Source: Dehalococcoidia bacterium (GTDB taxonomy: Bacteria; Chloroflexota; Dehalococcoidia; GIF9; AB-539-J10). From it: a DNA stretch of 64,000 nt. A model generated the notes under the pieces. It did not search any database, was not told the origin of the DNA, and worked only from the letters and a program-made list of their open reading frames with translations. The position numbers and the translations under genes were made by a program. Positions 30,833 to 39,831 of this stretch are shown here, in pieces (position 1 is the first letter of the stretch; the number at the start of each line of letters is the position of its first letter). The stretch spans positions 5,327 to 69,326 of the forward strand of contig JAUWYX010000007.1 in the NCBI GenBank assembly GCA_030615625.1. Reading direction: 5' to 3'.

Positions 30833-32401
30833 TTGGATACTCTAATAACTCACTCCTCCATCTTGATTATAGCCATACCTCTGGTGACAGCATTTTTAAT
30901 ACCACTAGTAGGTATGACAAGTAAAAAAGCCAGAAATGCACTTGTAATAGTTAGCCTGGCATTTGTAGCATTTCTGGTTTTTGCTCTGGCAAAGGATATC
31001 GCCATCAATGGAATCCACATTTATACTCTTGGTGCCACTTCCCCTGACCTTACTACCCCCACGGGATTCATGGCGCCGGTGCGGATAATCCTGGAAGTAG
31101 ATGGCATGTCCATACTTATGGGCATAATTTGGTCGATTGTTTCCTTAGCTGCAGCTATATTTTCTTTTTCTCATATAGCAAGTGAGACAGGACAAAACAG
31201 GTTCTATACCCTTTTATTGCTTATGGTGACCGGCGGTTTCGGAATGATGTTCACTGGTGATTTATTCAATTTGTTCGTCTTTTTAGAAATAGCTTCTATT
31301 TCTGGGGCAGCGCTGATAGCTTTCAGAACCAAGTTTGCCGACACCCAAGAAGGCGGATTCAAATACATAGTCGTATCTGCCATTGCGTCTCTGATGGTTT
31401 TATTTGCTATTGGTCTACTTTATGCCCAGTATAACTCGCTCAATATAGGGGCTCTCGCCCAGGTAATTCAATATACAACGCCAGACAAGATAGCCTTAGC
31501 CCTGTTATTAATAGCGTTTACCATGAAAGCGGGGATGGTACCCTTACACCTGTGGTTTCCTGATGCCTATTCCGTTGCCCCGGCGAGTATAACTGGCATG
31601 CTGGTAATAACAAGCCACGCTTGTATGTATGCTGCTTTCAGAGTTTGCTTTACCCTATATGGGGGTATGCTAGGCACGTCTGTGGTGGGTTGGATACTAA
31701 TAATCTTCGGGCTACTAAGCATGTTTGTTGGAGTTACCATGGCTGTCTTTCAGAAAGATGTCATGCGCTTTATGTCCTATCATGCTATCTCTCAGCTGGG
31801 GTATATGTGGGTTGGGGTAGGTGTGGGGCTGGCTGTTTTGGGCAACCCAGCACTTCTAGCCACCTATGGTAGAGACGCTATAAGCGGAGGTATTTTCCAT
31901 ATCTTAAATCATGCCATGTATAAGCCACTTCTATTCTTCACTGGTGGAGCTCTGTTCTACTGCACCGGTACCAGAGACCTTACCAAAATGGGTGGCTTAG
32001 CCCACAAGATGAAGTGGACTACTATACTGTACATAATTGGAACCTTGTCTATTTCCGGTATCCCTCCTCTCAACGGATTTTCATCAAAAATACTAATTTA
32101 TGAGTCTGTGTACCAATTTCATCCAATCCTTACTATAACAGGTATAATAGTCTCGATCTTGACTCTGGCATCCTTTACCAAGGCTTTTCATTCAGCATTT
32201 ATGGGAGCGGAACTGCCTGAATATAAAGAGGTGAAAGAGGTTCCGAGGTCCATGATAATTGCCATGGTGATACTAGCTGCAGGCATTATCTTCATTACTC
32301 TGTTTCCAGCGCTAATTGTTAATTGGATAATTAACCCTGCTGCCGATGCTTTAATAAACCAGGGAGCATATATCAACGCAGTTACGGGAGCTACACCATG
32401 A
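30833..32401 (+). CDS. mbhH: Mrp/Mnh subunit D-like proton-pumping subunit (MbhH)
   Basis: Motifs GDLFNLFVFLE, KAGMVPLHLWFPDAY, NHAMYK and GIPPLNGFSSK. Confidence 0.9.
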   Translation: MDTLITHSSILIIAIPLVTAFLIPLVGMTSKKARNALVIVSLAFVAFLVFALAKDIAINGIHIYTLGATSPDLTTPTGFMAPVRIILEVDGMSILMGIIWSIVSLAAAIFSFSHIASETGQNRFYTLLLLMVTGGFGMMFTGDLFNLFVFLEIASISGAALIAFRTKFADTQEGGFKYIVVSAIASLMVLFAIGLLYAQYNSLNIGALAQVIQYTTPDKIALALLLIAFTMKAGMVPLHLWFPDAYSVAPASITGMLVITSHACMYAAFRVCFTLYGGMLGTSVVGWILIIFGLLSMFVGVTMAVFQKDVMRFMSYHAISQLGYMWVGVGVGLAVLGNPALLATYGRDAISGGIFHILNHAMYKPLLFFTGGALFYCTGTRDLTKMGGLAHKMKWTTILYIIGTLSISGIPPLNGFSSKILIYESVYQFHPILTITGIIVSILTLASFTKAFHSAFMGAELPEYKEVKEVPRSMIIAMVILAAGIIFITLFPALIVNWIINPAADALINQGAYINAVTGATP

Positions 32402-32739
32402 CGTTAATTCTAGAATCTGGCTACGCCTTTTGGAACCCTATCATCTTGATCATTGCTTTTGCAGTAGTGATGGTAGTAGTCTACTTCTTCAGGAGGCGAG
32501 GACAGAAAAAATATAAGAAGGATACGGCTCAAACACAGATCTTTCTATGTGGGGAAGAGGTTCCCGAAGCAGGGCAGCGCCACATAAGGGTAGGCAATAT
32601 ATACTGGGGATTCTTTGAAACTCTTAAGGAATACTATAACCAGGTCCTAAGACCCCATACTGGAATAATAAATGACTATGTACTCTGGTTCGTAGCTGTT
32701 ACGGCCATAAGTGCCATAATACTCCTTATCGCGGGCTAG
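32398..32739 (+). CDS. mbhI: MbhI membrane subunit
   Basis: Motifs FLCGEE, YWGF and HTGIINDY. Located between the H and J subunits. Confidence 0.8.
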   Translation: MTLILESGYAFWNPIILIIAFAVVMVVVYFFRRRGQKKYKKDTAQTQIFLCGEEVPEAGQRHIRVGNIYWGFFETLKEYYNQVLRPHTGIINDYVLWFVAVTAISAIILLIAG

Positions 32740-32771
32740 CTAAATAGTTTGAACTAATATAGGAGAGATAT

Positions 32772-33203
32772 TTGAGCTTAAAGGCATTTAAAAGAGCATT
32801 GTGGGTCTACCACCTTAACACTGGCTCGTGCAATGGATGCGATATCGAGATTCTAGCCGTGCTTACCCCCCGTTACGATGTCGAGCGCTTTGGCATCATG
32901 CTGGTGGGCTCACCCCGCCATGCCGATGTATTACTGGTGACGGGTCCGGTGGTTAAGCAGATGGTGCCGCGAGTCAAGCGCATATACGAACAAACACCTG
33001 ACCCCAAGCTGGTCATGGTAGTTGGTAACTGCGGCATAGAAGGGGGGGTATTCTACGAATCGTATAATTTGGCGGGACCCGTAGACCAGATTATACCGGT
33101 GGATGTGTATGTCCCGGGATGTCCGCCGCGGCCGGAGGCCATTATTCACAGTGTGGTCATGGCCTGGGTAAAGCTCGAGAAAGCTGAGCAGGGAGTAAGC
33201 TAA
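32772..33203 (+). CDS. mbhJ: Group 4 hydrogenase small subunit (MbhJ/NuoB-like)
   Basis: Motifs GSCNGCDIE, SPRHAD, GNC and PGCPPRP. Confidence 0.92.
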   Translation: MSLKAFKRALWVYHLNTGSCNGCDIEILAVLTPRYDVERFGIMLVGSPRHADVLLVTGPVVKQMVPRVKRIYEQTPDPKLVMVVGNCGIEGGVFYESYNLAGPVDQIIPVDVYVPGCPPRPEAIIHSVVMAWVKLEKAEQGVS

Positions 33204-33740
33204 ATGGAATTACTGACTCCTGAAAAAATAATTGATAGCTTCAAGACAGCTCTGGGAGATAGCTTTATTGACGCCAAAATCTATCAGTGCGAGGTTGCCG
33301 TCAAGAAGAATAAGTTCCGCAGCCTCTGGGTCGAGGTGAAAAAGAGCGCCTTCCGCGACGCTGTTGACCATATCTGCCACCTCCAGCAATACCCCCACCT
33401 GGCCATTATCTCCTCGAGCGACCTGGGCGCTGAGGTAGAGCTCATCTACCACTTCACCATTTACTATGGCCATCACCTGGAGGAGTTGAGCCTGGGGCTG
33501 CGGGTGAAGCTGCCCAAGAGTGACCTGAAGATACCAACGATTACCGACCTCATCCCCGGGGCACTATTTACCGAGCGTGAAACCCAGGAAATGATGGGAG
33601 TAGAGGTGGTCGGTATCCCGGATAAAAGACGATTATTCCTGCCTGAGGACTTTCCCGAAGGTGCTTATCCCTGGAGAAAAGATGAGAAGGGCCCACCGAA
33701 TGACATGCTTAGGGTTCTGCCGGGAAGGGAGCCAAAATGA
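33204..33740 (+). CDS. mbhK: NuoC-like subunit (MbhK)
   Basis: Motifs LIYHF, ERETQEMMG and PEGAYPWRKD. Confidence 0.88.
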   Translation: MELLTPEKIIDSFKTALGDSFIDAKIYQCEVAVKKNKFRSLWVEVKKSAFRDAVDHICHLQQYPHLAIISSSDLGAEVELIYHFTIYYGHHLEELSLGLRVKLPKSDLKIPTITDLIPGALFTERETQEMMGVEVVGIPDKRRLFLPEDFPEGAYPWRKDEKGPPNDMLRVLPGREPK

Positions 33741-34981
33741 CACTGGAAGAGACGAAAAAGGCAACGTATACCATCCCTGTAGGTCCAATTCATCCGGCGC
33801 TGAAGGAACCGATTCGGCTTGCTCTTAGCGTTGATGGTGAAGAGATTGTGGATGTGGATATCTTTGCGGGACAGGTTCACCGCGGTATCGAGTGGCTCGG
33901 TATGAATAGAAATAACCCTATCCAGAGTATATACCTAGCGGAACGGATATGTGGTATCTGCAATATATGTCATCCGTTCGCATTTGTTATGGCTGTTGAG
34001 CACGCTGCTGGAATCACTCCACCGGCGCGTGCTGAATATATAAGGACGATTACCGCTGAAATGGAGCGCATACATTCCCATCTACTGTGGGCTGGGATTG
34101 CCGCTCACGAGATTGGCTTTGACACCATTTTTTATCTTGCCTGGCGGGTTAGGGAAGAAATAATGGATTTAATTGAATACGTGACCGGAAACCGGATTAC
34201 CAAGGCTATGTTTCAAATTGGTGGGGTGCGGAGAGACATTACTGAAGAGCAATTCCCCAGGATTAGACAATCCTTGGATTACTATAAGAGCCTATTTGGC
34301 CAGCTAAAAAGGGTATTCTTAGACGATAGGACGATACGGATGCGGACAAAGAATGTAGGCGTCCTGAAGAGGGAAGATGCGTTGAAATTGCTCACGGTTG
34401 GACCAACAGCCAGGGCAAGCGGCGTCCCCAAAGATGTGAGGCAGGACCAGCCTTACGCTGCCTATGCCGATTTGGATATCAAAGCCATGACTCCAGACAT
34501 GGTCAGCGGGACTGTAGTCGGCGATGTGTATGACCGGATTATCGTTCGATTACTGGAGGTTAAGCAGGCGATTGAAATCATTGAGCAGTGTTTGGAGAAA
34601 ATGCCACCCGGTCCGATACTGGCACAACCAAAGACAGCGGTGCTTTTAAAGACGCTGACCCAAGCAGAAGGTGAAGGTATCGGGCGAGCCGAAGCACCTA
34701 GGGGTGAAGTCATACATTATGTTCGTCTGGAGGCTGGGCAGAGCACCCTGGCCACCTGGAAGGTGAGGGCGCCCACCTATGTTAACCTGATGGCGGTTCC
34801 CACTATACTCAAAGGCATGCAGATTGCCGATGTGCCCATCGCTTTTGCCTCCATTGACCCGTGTATGTCCTGCACCAACCGGATTGTGGTAACGGACAGA
34901 GCCGTCGGCCGGAAGTCGGTGGTGGGCTACGAGGAACTCCACCGGCTTTCTGTAGAAAAGACGAAGGAGCTGCCGCGATGA
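33737..34981 (+). CDS. mbhL: Group 4 [NiFe] hydrogenase large subunit (MbhL)
   Basis: L1 motif ERICGIC and L2 motif DPCMSCTNR give all four Ni-binding Cys. There is also a cleavable C-terminal extension and the motifs GPIHP and APRGE. Confidence 0.93.
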   Translation: MTLEETKKATYTIPVGPIHPALKEPIRLALSVDGEEIVDVDIFAGQVHRGIEWLGMNRNNPIQSIYLAERICGICNICHPFAFVMAVEHAAGITPPARAEYIRTITAEMERIHSHLLWAGIAAHEIGFDTIFYLAWRVREEIMDLIEYVTGNRITKAMFQIGGVRRDITEEQFPRIRQSLDYYKSLFGQLKRVFLDDRTIRMRTKNVGVLKREDALKLLTVGPTARASGVPKDVRQDQPYAAYADLDIKAMTPDMVSGTVVGDVYDRIIVRLLEVKQAIEIIEQCLEKMPPGPILAQPKTAVLLKTLTQAEGEGIGRAEAPRGEVIHYVRLEAGQSTLATWKVRAPTYVNLMAVPTILKGMQIADVPIAFASIDPCMSCTNRIVVTDRAVGRKSVVGYEELHRLSVEKTKELPR

Positions 34982-36009
34982 ACTTACTGGGAGAAAATAT
35001 CTGGATAAACGGCGTGATTATCATTGTTGGCTCCGCCGTACTGGTGTTCATCGGCGGTGTTTTCGGCATGCTCTACCGCGGCATCGACCGCAAGCTGGTG
35101 GCGCATATGCAGGGGAGGGTGGGACCTCCCATAGTGCAGCCCTTCCGAGACGTGCAAAAGCTGCTGATGAAAGAGAGCATCATACCTGATGGTGCTGTCT
35201 CCTGGCTGTTCACGGCAGCCCCATTTATTTGCCTGATAACTTCGGCTTTACTATTACTTTACATACCTTTGTTTGGGCTGCAAGCGCTTTTAGGTGGATT
35301 TGGTGATGCCCTATTAATAGTATACCTGTTGATACTACCGTCTCTTGCTTTTGCCGTAGGTGGTTTTGCCTCCAGTTCACCATATGCCACCGTGGGGGCA
35401 CAGCGGGAGATGGTCGTCTTGATGAGCTATGAATTCCCTCTGGCAGTAGCTATAGTTTCTCTCGGCTGGCGCATAGGTCACGTTACCACTCAGCTAACTC
35501 CACCCGCCAACCCATTTATGTTTTCTACGATTGCCGAATATCCTATATGGAGTTTGGTTGGCCCGCTAGGAATAATCGGCTCGCTGATTCTGGTATTTAC
35601 CCTCCTGGTGGTTACATCAGGTAAAGGTGCCAAGGTGCCATTTGATGTAGCTGAGGCTGAAACTGAACTCGCTGGCGGAATACTGGTTGAATATTCGGGC
35701 AGAAACCTGTGTTTGTTCTACCTCGCTGATATAATAAAGGCTTTTGCCATGTCATCATTAGTAGTGGCTCTATTCATTCCATATAACCTCTCCCCTTTGG
35801 TTGGAATTGGCACGCCAGTCCTCGCCGGCATAGTGGATGGCTTATTCTTTCTGGTCAAGGTCTTTGCTGTGATGTTCATTAGTATGTCGGTGATACGCAC
35901 GGCAATGGCACGATTCAAGATAAGTCAGGTAAGCTGGGTCTACATAATAGCCATGACCCTCATCAGTCTCGTCGGTCTGATACTGATAGCAGTCGATTTG
36001 ATGGTGTGA
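34978..36009 (+). CDS. mbhM: NuoH-like membrane subunit (MbhM)
   Basis: Motifs DRKLVAHMQGRVGPP and PFDVAEAETE..EYSG. The ATG at 34978 overlaps the mbhL stop. Confidence 0.92.
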   Translation: MNLLGENIWINGVIIIVGSAVLVFIGGVFGMLYRGIDRKLVAHMQGRVGPPIVQPFRDVQKLLMKESIIPDGAVSWLFTAAPFICLITSALLLLYIPLFGLQALLGGFGDALLIVYLLILPSLAFAVGGFASSSPYATVGAQREMVVLMSYEFPLAVAIVSLGWRIGHVTTQLTPPANPFMFSTIAEYPIWSLVGPLGIIGSLILVFTLLVVTSGKGAKVPFDVAEAETELAGGILVEYSGRNLCLFYLADIIKAFAMSSLVVALFIPYNLSPLVGIGTPVLAGIVDGLFFLVKVFAVMFISMSVIRTAMARFKISQVSWVYIIAMTLISLVGLILIAVDLMV

Positions 36010-36491
36010 TGAAAATGTTTGAAGCAGCAAGAACGATATTAAAGCAGCTCTTTCTAAATCCAGCGACAAATAAGTTTCCGGCAAAATATGCTCCAGCATC
36101 AACCATTCAATTCCTAAACAGTGTTACAAAAGGCGAATTGAAGATGATTCCGCCAGTGCCGGTGCCGTCTAAATTTCGGGGAAAAATCGCACTTAATAAG
36201 GAGAGGTGTACCGGATGCAGGTTGTGCATTGAGGTCTGCCCGACAAAAGCCATAGAATTTATACCCGAAGAGAAAAAGGTGAAAATATTCGTCTCCAGAT
36301 GTTGCTTCTGCGCTCAGTGTGTTGAAATCTGCCCACCCAAGGTGCTATCCATGACAGAAGAGTTTCTGCTAGCCACCTATGATAAGTACGCCGACGAGCT
36401 GGTAATCGTTGACAGCGGCGGGCTACCGGGCTCGGTGGAGAGAAAGGAACCAGACACCGGAGCCGCAGAGAAGCCGGCCGAGCAGAGCTAG
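36006..36491 (+). CDS. mbhN: 2[4Fe-4S] NuoI-like subunit (MbhN)
   Basis: Motifs CTGCRLCIEVCP and CCFCAQCVEICP. Confidence 0.9.
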   Translation: MMKMFEAARTILKQLFLNPATNKFPAKYAPASTIQFLNSVTKGELKMIPPVPVPSKFRGKIALNKERCTGCRLCIEVCPTKAIEFIPEEKKVKIFVSRCCFCAQCVEICPPKVLSMTEEFLLATYDKYADELVIVDSGGLPGSVERKEPDTGAAEKPAEQS

Positions 36492-36496
36492 CTCCT

Positions 36497-36991
36497 TTAC
36501 CCCAGCAGCGGAATTTCAGCTATCCGTCCTTCCAGAATAGCCTCAGCCAGTTTCTTCACGCTTTTGCGCACCGCTTTGGAAATACCACTGCCTGTCTCTG
36601 TCCGCTCAGGCTGCACGCCGACAAGCAGGACCTTCCCGCAAAATTCCTTTACATAAGATATAAACATGGAAAGGGGCATGTGGTGTGTGGAAAAGGACAA
36701 AATGCTGATTTTCTCTGGCGCGATTGTGCGCAGAGCACCGGGGGGTAAGCCCATATCGGCGGCATCTACCAGTATCAATAAGTCAGGCCGGTGCTGGCGG
36801 ATAACCGAGGTATAGCTTTCCGGAGCAGTGCCAGCGTCTATGGCCATAATCTCAGTGGGGAGGAGAGACTTGGCTCTGTGCCGCCTCCGGTTGAGCATGT
36901 CCACCACACAGGTGCCGGCGGCGTCATCGCCGCCCAGCCGGTTGCCGATGCCCAGAACTATCGTACCGCTCACCTGCTGTCCACAGCTCAC
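36497..36991 (-). CDS. hycI: Hydrogenase maturation endopeptidase (HycI-like)
   Basis: Motifs LGIGNRLGGDDAAG, GTAPE, VDAADMGL and STH. Convergent with the mbh operon. Confidence 0.9.
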   Translation of the reverse strand: MSCGQQVSGTIVLGIGNRLGGDDAAGTCVVDMLNRRRHRAKSLLPTEIMAIDAGTAPESYTSVIRQHRPDLLILVDAADMGLPPGALRTIAPEKISILSFSTHHMPLSMFISYVKEFCGKVLLVGVQPERTETGSGISKAVRKSVKKLAEAILEGRIAEIPLLG

Positions 36992-37307
36992 AACTTTCGA
37001 CCATGCTTACTTTTGTGAGTATTCTATTCCCATTTCACGCCTTTTAGCAACAAGACCTTTCCCCAAACTAATTGACACAACGCGCTTCTTGGTGGCTTGA
37101 CCGTGTGGGAAGTATATGTTATAGGCTGGGATTTCGGAAAGCTAAACTGTTATCTTTTAGCCGTTGACAAGCCACTGCTGTGGGTGTTAACATCTCACTG
37201 TTTCTACTGGTGCGGCGCTTTGCGAGCTGCCCGACTGAAAGGAGGAGGTATAGCGATATTAAAGAAATCATGGCGCCGGTGGAAAATCTCAAAACAAGGA
37301 GGAACTC

Positions 37308-38084
37308 ATGGCTTATGAGAATTTAATTGTAGAACGAGAGGAAAATGTCGGCATAATCACCTTGAACCGGCCGCCGGCAAATCCGATAAATCTGGCTGTG
37401 CTTGATGAGCTGGATACGGTTCTGACCGAGTGGGAAAAGGATAAAGCGGTGAGAGCCATAATCATCACCGGAGCCGGCGAAAGAGGATTTTCAGCCGGCT
37501 TTGATTTAAAAACGGCCGGGACGCCGGAGGGTGAGAAGTCTATGTCCCGGGGGCAAGAGGTGTTCAGCCACATCGAAAAGTATCCCAAGCCGGTAATCGC
37601 TGCCGTGAATGGCTTTGCCCTCGGTGGTGGTTGCGAGCTGGCAATGTCCTGCCACTTTAGGATAATGCTCAACTCCGAGCAGGTGGTGATGGGACAGCCC
37701 GAGATTGACCGAGGTATTATACCTGGCTGGGGTGGCACCCAGCGGTTGCCCAGGCTGGTGGGGAGGACCAAAGCACTTGAAATGCTTCTACTCGGCACCA
37801 GAATCAACGCTCCCGAGGCTTTGAGCATCGGGCTTATAACCAGGGTGTCTCAGCCAGGGCAGTTGATGAATGATGCTAAAGAACTTGCCAGGGCGCTGGC
37901 GAAAAAGGCCCCGGTTGCTATACAGGTAATCCTCGACGCAGTGACCCGGGGACTTGAGACCACCACTGACCAGGGCGTGAAAATAGAACTGGAAGGCTCA
38001 CAACGGATAAGCAAAACGAAGGACGCCATGGAAGGCGCGATGGCGTTTATTCAGAAACGAGAGCCGGTCTTCACCGGAGAATAA
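37308..38084 (+). CDS. Enoyl-CoA hydratase (crotonase)
   Basis: Motifs FSAGFD, NGFALGGGCE and PE..GIIPGWGGTQRL. Confidence 0.93.
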   Translation: MAYENLIVEREENVGIITLNRPPANPINLAVLDELDTVLTEWEKDKAVRAIIITGAGERGFSAGFDLKTAGTPEGEKSMSRGQEVFSHIEKYPKPVIAAVNGFALGGGCELAMSCHFRIMLNSEQVVMGQPEIDRGIIPGWGGTQRLPRLVGRTKALEMLLLGTRINAPEALSIGLITRVSQPGQLMNDAKELARALAKKAPVAIQVILDAVTRGLETTTDQGVKIELEGSQRISKTKDAMEGAMAFIQKREPVFTGE

Positions 38085-38126
38085 CTTTCTGGGGCGAAAG
38101 TAAAAAATAAAAGGAGGTTTTCTGTT

Positions 38127-39275
38127 ATGAAAGTTGAAGACATCAAGAAAATTGCGGTTATGGGGGCTGGCGACATGGGACATGGCATTGCCGAGGTGGC
38201 GCTGCTTGCGGGCTACAAGGTAGCACTGCGGGACATCGAGCAAAGATTTGTTGACAGGGGGCTTTCCAGAATTAAGGAGAGCCTGGATAAGCTCGCGGGA
38301 AAGCAGAAAATCACTGAAGAGAACAAAAAGGCGATGGTGGCTAACATCACGACCTTTGTTGATATTGCTGAGTCTGTTAAGGACGCTGATTTTGTTATTG
38401 AGGCAGTTCCCGAGATTATGGACCTCAAGAAGCAGGTTTTCCAGGCGCTGGATGCAGCCGCTCCAAAACATGCCATACTGGCTTCGAATACCTCCAATAT
38501 GAGCATCACGGAGATTGCCGCGGCTACGAAGAGGCCGGAGCAGGTCGTCGGCATGCATTTCTTTAACCCGGCTGTCCTGATGAAGCTCGTCGAGGTCACA
38601 AAGGGAGGAAAGACAACCGAGGAGACAATGCAGGTGGCATATAATCTGGCGCTGAAGATGAACAAGGTGCCGGTCAGGGTTGAGAAAGACTCTATCGGAT
38701 TTGTTTATAATCGGATCAACGCGCCGGCCCAGATTCTACTTAGCCTGATGGTAGAAAAAGGCGTGGCTGCCCCGATGGAAATCGATGCCAAGATGAGAAA
38801 GATAGGTATGCCTATGGGGCCATACGAGCTGATGGACTATGTGGGGCTGGATGTCGCCTATCACGGCGCTCTTTATTTTGCTGACAAACTCTCTCGCGAC
38901 TACGCGCCGCCCAGCTGGCTCAAAGCTAAGATTGACGCTGGTACGCTGGGGAAGAAGACAGGAAAGGGCATTTTTGACTGGTCTAAAGGCAGGCCAGAGA
39001 TAGACTTATCCAAGGCGAAAGAAGACTTCGACCCCACTGCCTTGATTGCCCTTCAGGTTAACGAGGCGACAAAGTTGCTCGAGGCCGGAGTAGTCAAGAG
39101 TCCGGACGAAATTGACAAGGCGATGGTTAATGGAGGCGGTTCGGTGATTGGTCCCTTTCAGCTTGCCAAGGGGATAGGGTATGATAAATTAGCCAAAATA
39201 TGTGAAGACCTTGCCCAAGAGTTTGATGTCAAAGTTTTCGAGCCCACTGAGACATTGAAGAAGGGGAATATCTGA
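38127..39275 (+). CDS. 3-hydroxyacyl-CoA dehydrogenase (two C-terminal domains)
   Basis: Motifs GAGDMGHGIA, EAVPE, ASNTS, GMHFFNP and PMGP. Confidence 0.93.
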   Translation: MKVEDIKKIAVMGAGDMGHGIAEVALLAGYKVALRDIEQRFVDRGLSRIKESLDKLAGKQKITEENKKAMVANITTFVDIAESVKDADFVIEAVPEIMDLKKQVFQALDAAAPKHAILASNTSNMSITEIAAATKRPEQVVGMHFFNPAVLMKLVEVTKGGKTTEETMQVAYNLALKMNKVPVRVEKDSIGFVYNRINAPAQILLSLMVEKGVAAPMEIDAKMRKIGMPMGPYELMDYVGLDVAYHGALYFADKLSRDYAPPSWLKAKIDAGTLGKKTGKGIFDWSKGRPEIDLSKAKEDFDPTALIALQVNEATKLLEAGVVKSPDEIDKAMVNGGGSVIGPFQLAKGIGYDKLAKICEDLAQEFDVKVFEPTETLKKGNI

Positions 39276-39435
39276 TTAAGAAGCATAAGGGCCTGCTTAA
39301 GTGACTTGAATCAAACCAGGGGCTGCATCACAAGAATTGCTTCTCTTTTGGTGTGGCCTTGGTTCGGTTGTGGTGTCAACCTTCTTCATAGTCTGGCTTT
39401 ACCTCCTTCTAAAGTTGAGCTTGTTTAATAATCCT

Positions 39436-39515
39436 CTCTGCGATTCTGAGGTCGCCCTGGGCAGCCGAAGAATATAGAGACCCTCTCCTTCGGTTCACTC
39501 AGGGTCAGGGTGACA
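39436..39515. repeat. Degenerate REP/MITE-like element
   Basis: GATTCTGAG..GCCGAAGAAT..GAGA..CTTCG..CACTCAGGG..TGACA has a layout similar to the element at 63351. Confidence 0.4.
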
Positions 39516-39831
39516 ATTAAACGGTCTAAAGGTTTAACCAGACCAAATCATAACTTTCGGTTAGATTTTAGATGATTTAAACCACCACTCATAATTTGCC
39601 GACTTTTTTTACCGGATGGCATGAAATTCTGGAAGAATCCTGAAAAAACCTGACAGTGTGGGGATGATATACTATAAGCAGTTTGGGCAGTATTTGTCAC
39701 TTTACTGTGAGTGGACTGAAGGATTATAGACAGTCTGTTCAGTGACAAAAGAGAGGTTAATAAAAGGCAAGAGTTTTAAGGTTTTATCGTAAGAGAGTAA
39801 AAATAATGGCTAATTTAACGGATGAGAAGAG

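Noticed and set aside
33737-34981. Mbs/Mbx sulfane reductase or complex I instead of a hydrogenase
   Set aside because: All four Ni-ligating Cys, a cleavable C-terminal tail, a single MrpD-like subunit and adjacent hypAB/hycI indicate a true [NiFe] enzyme.
37097-37318. 73-aa ORF and a strong SD (AAAGGAGGAGGT) upstream of the crotonase
   Set aside because: The ORF overlaps promoter-like TTGACA boxes, and the SD is followed only by ATA, with no supporting motif.
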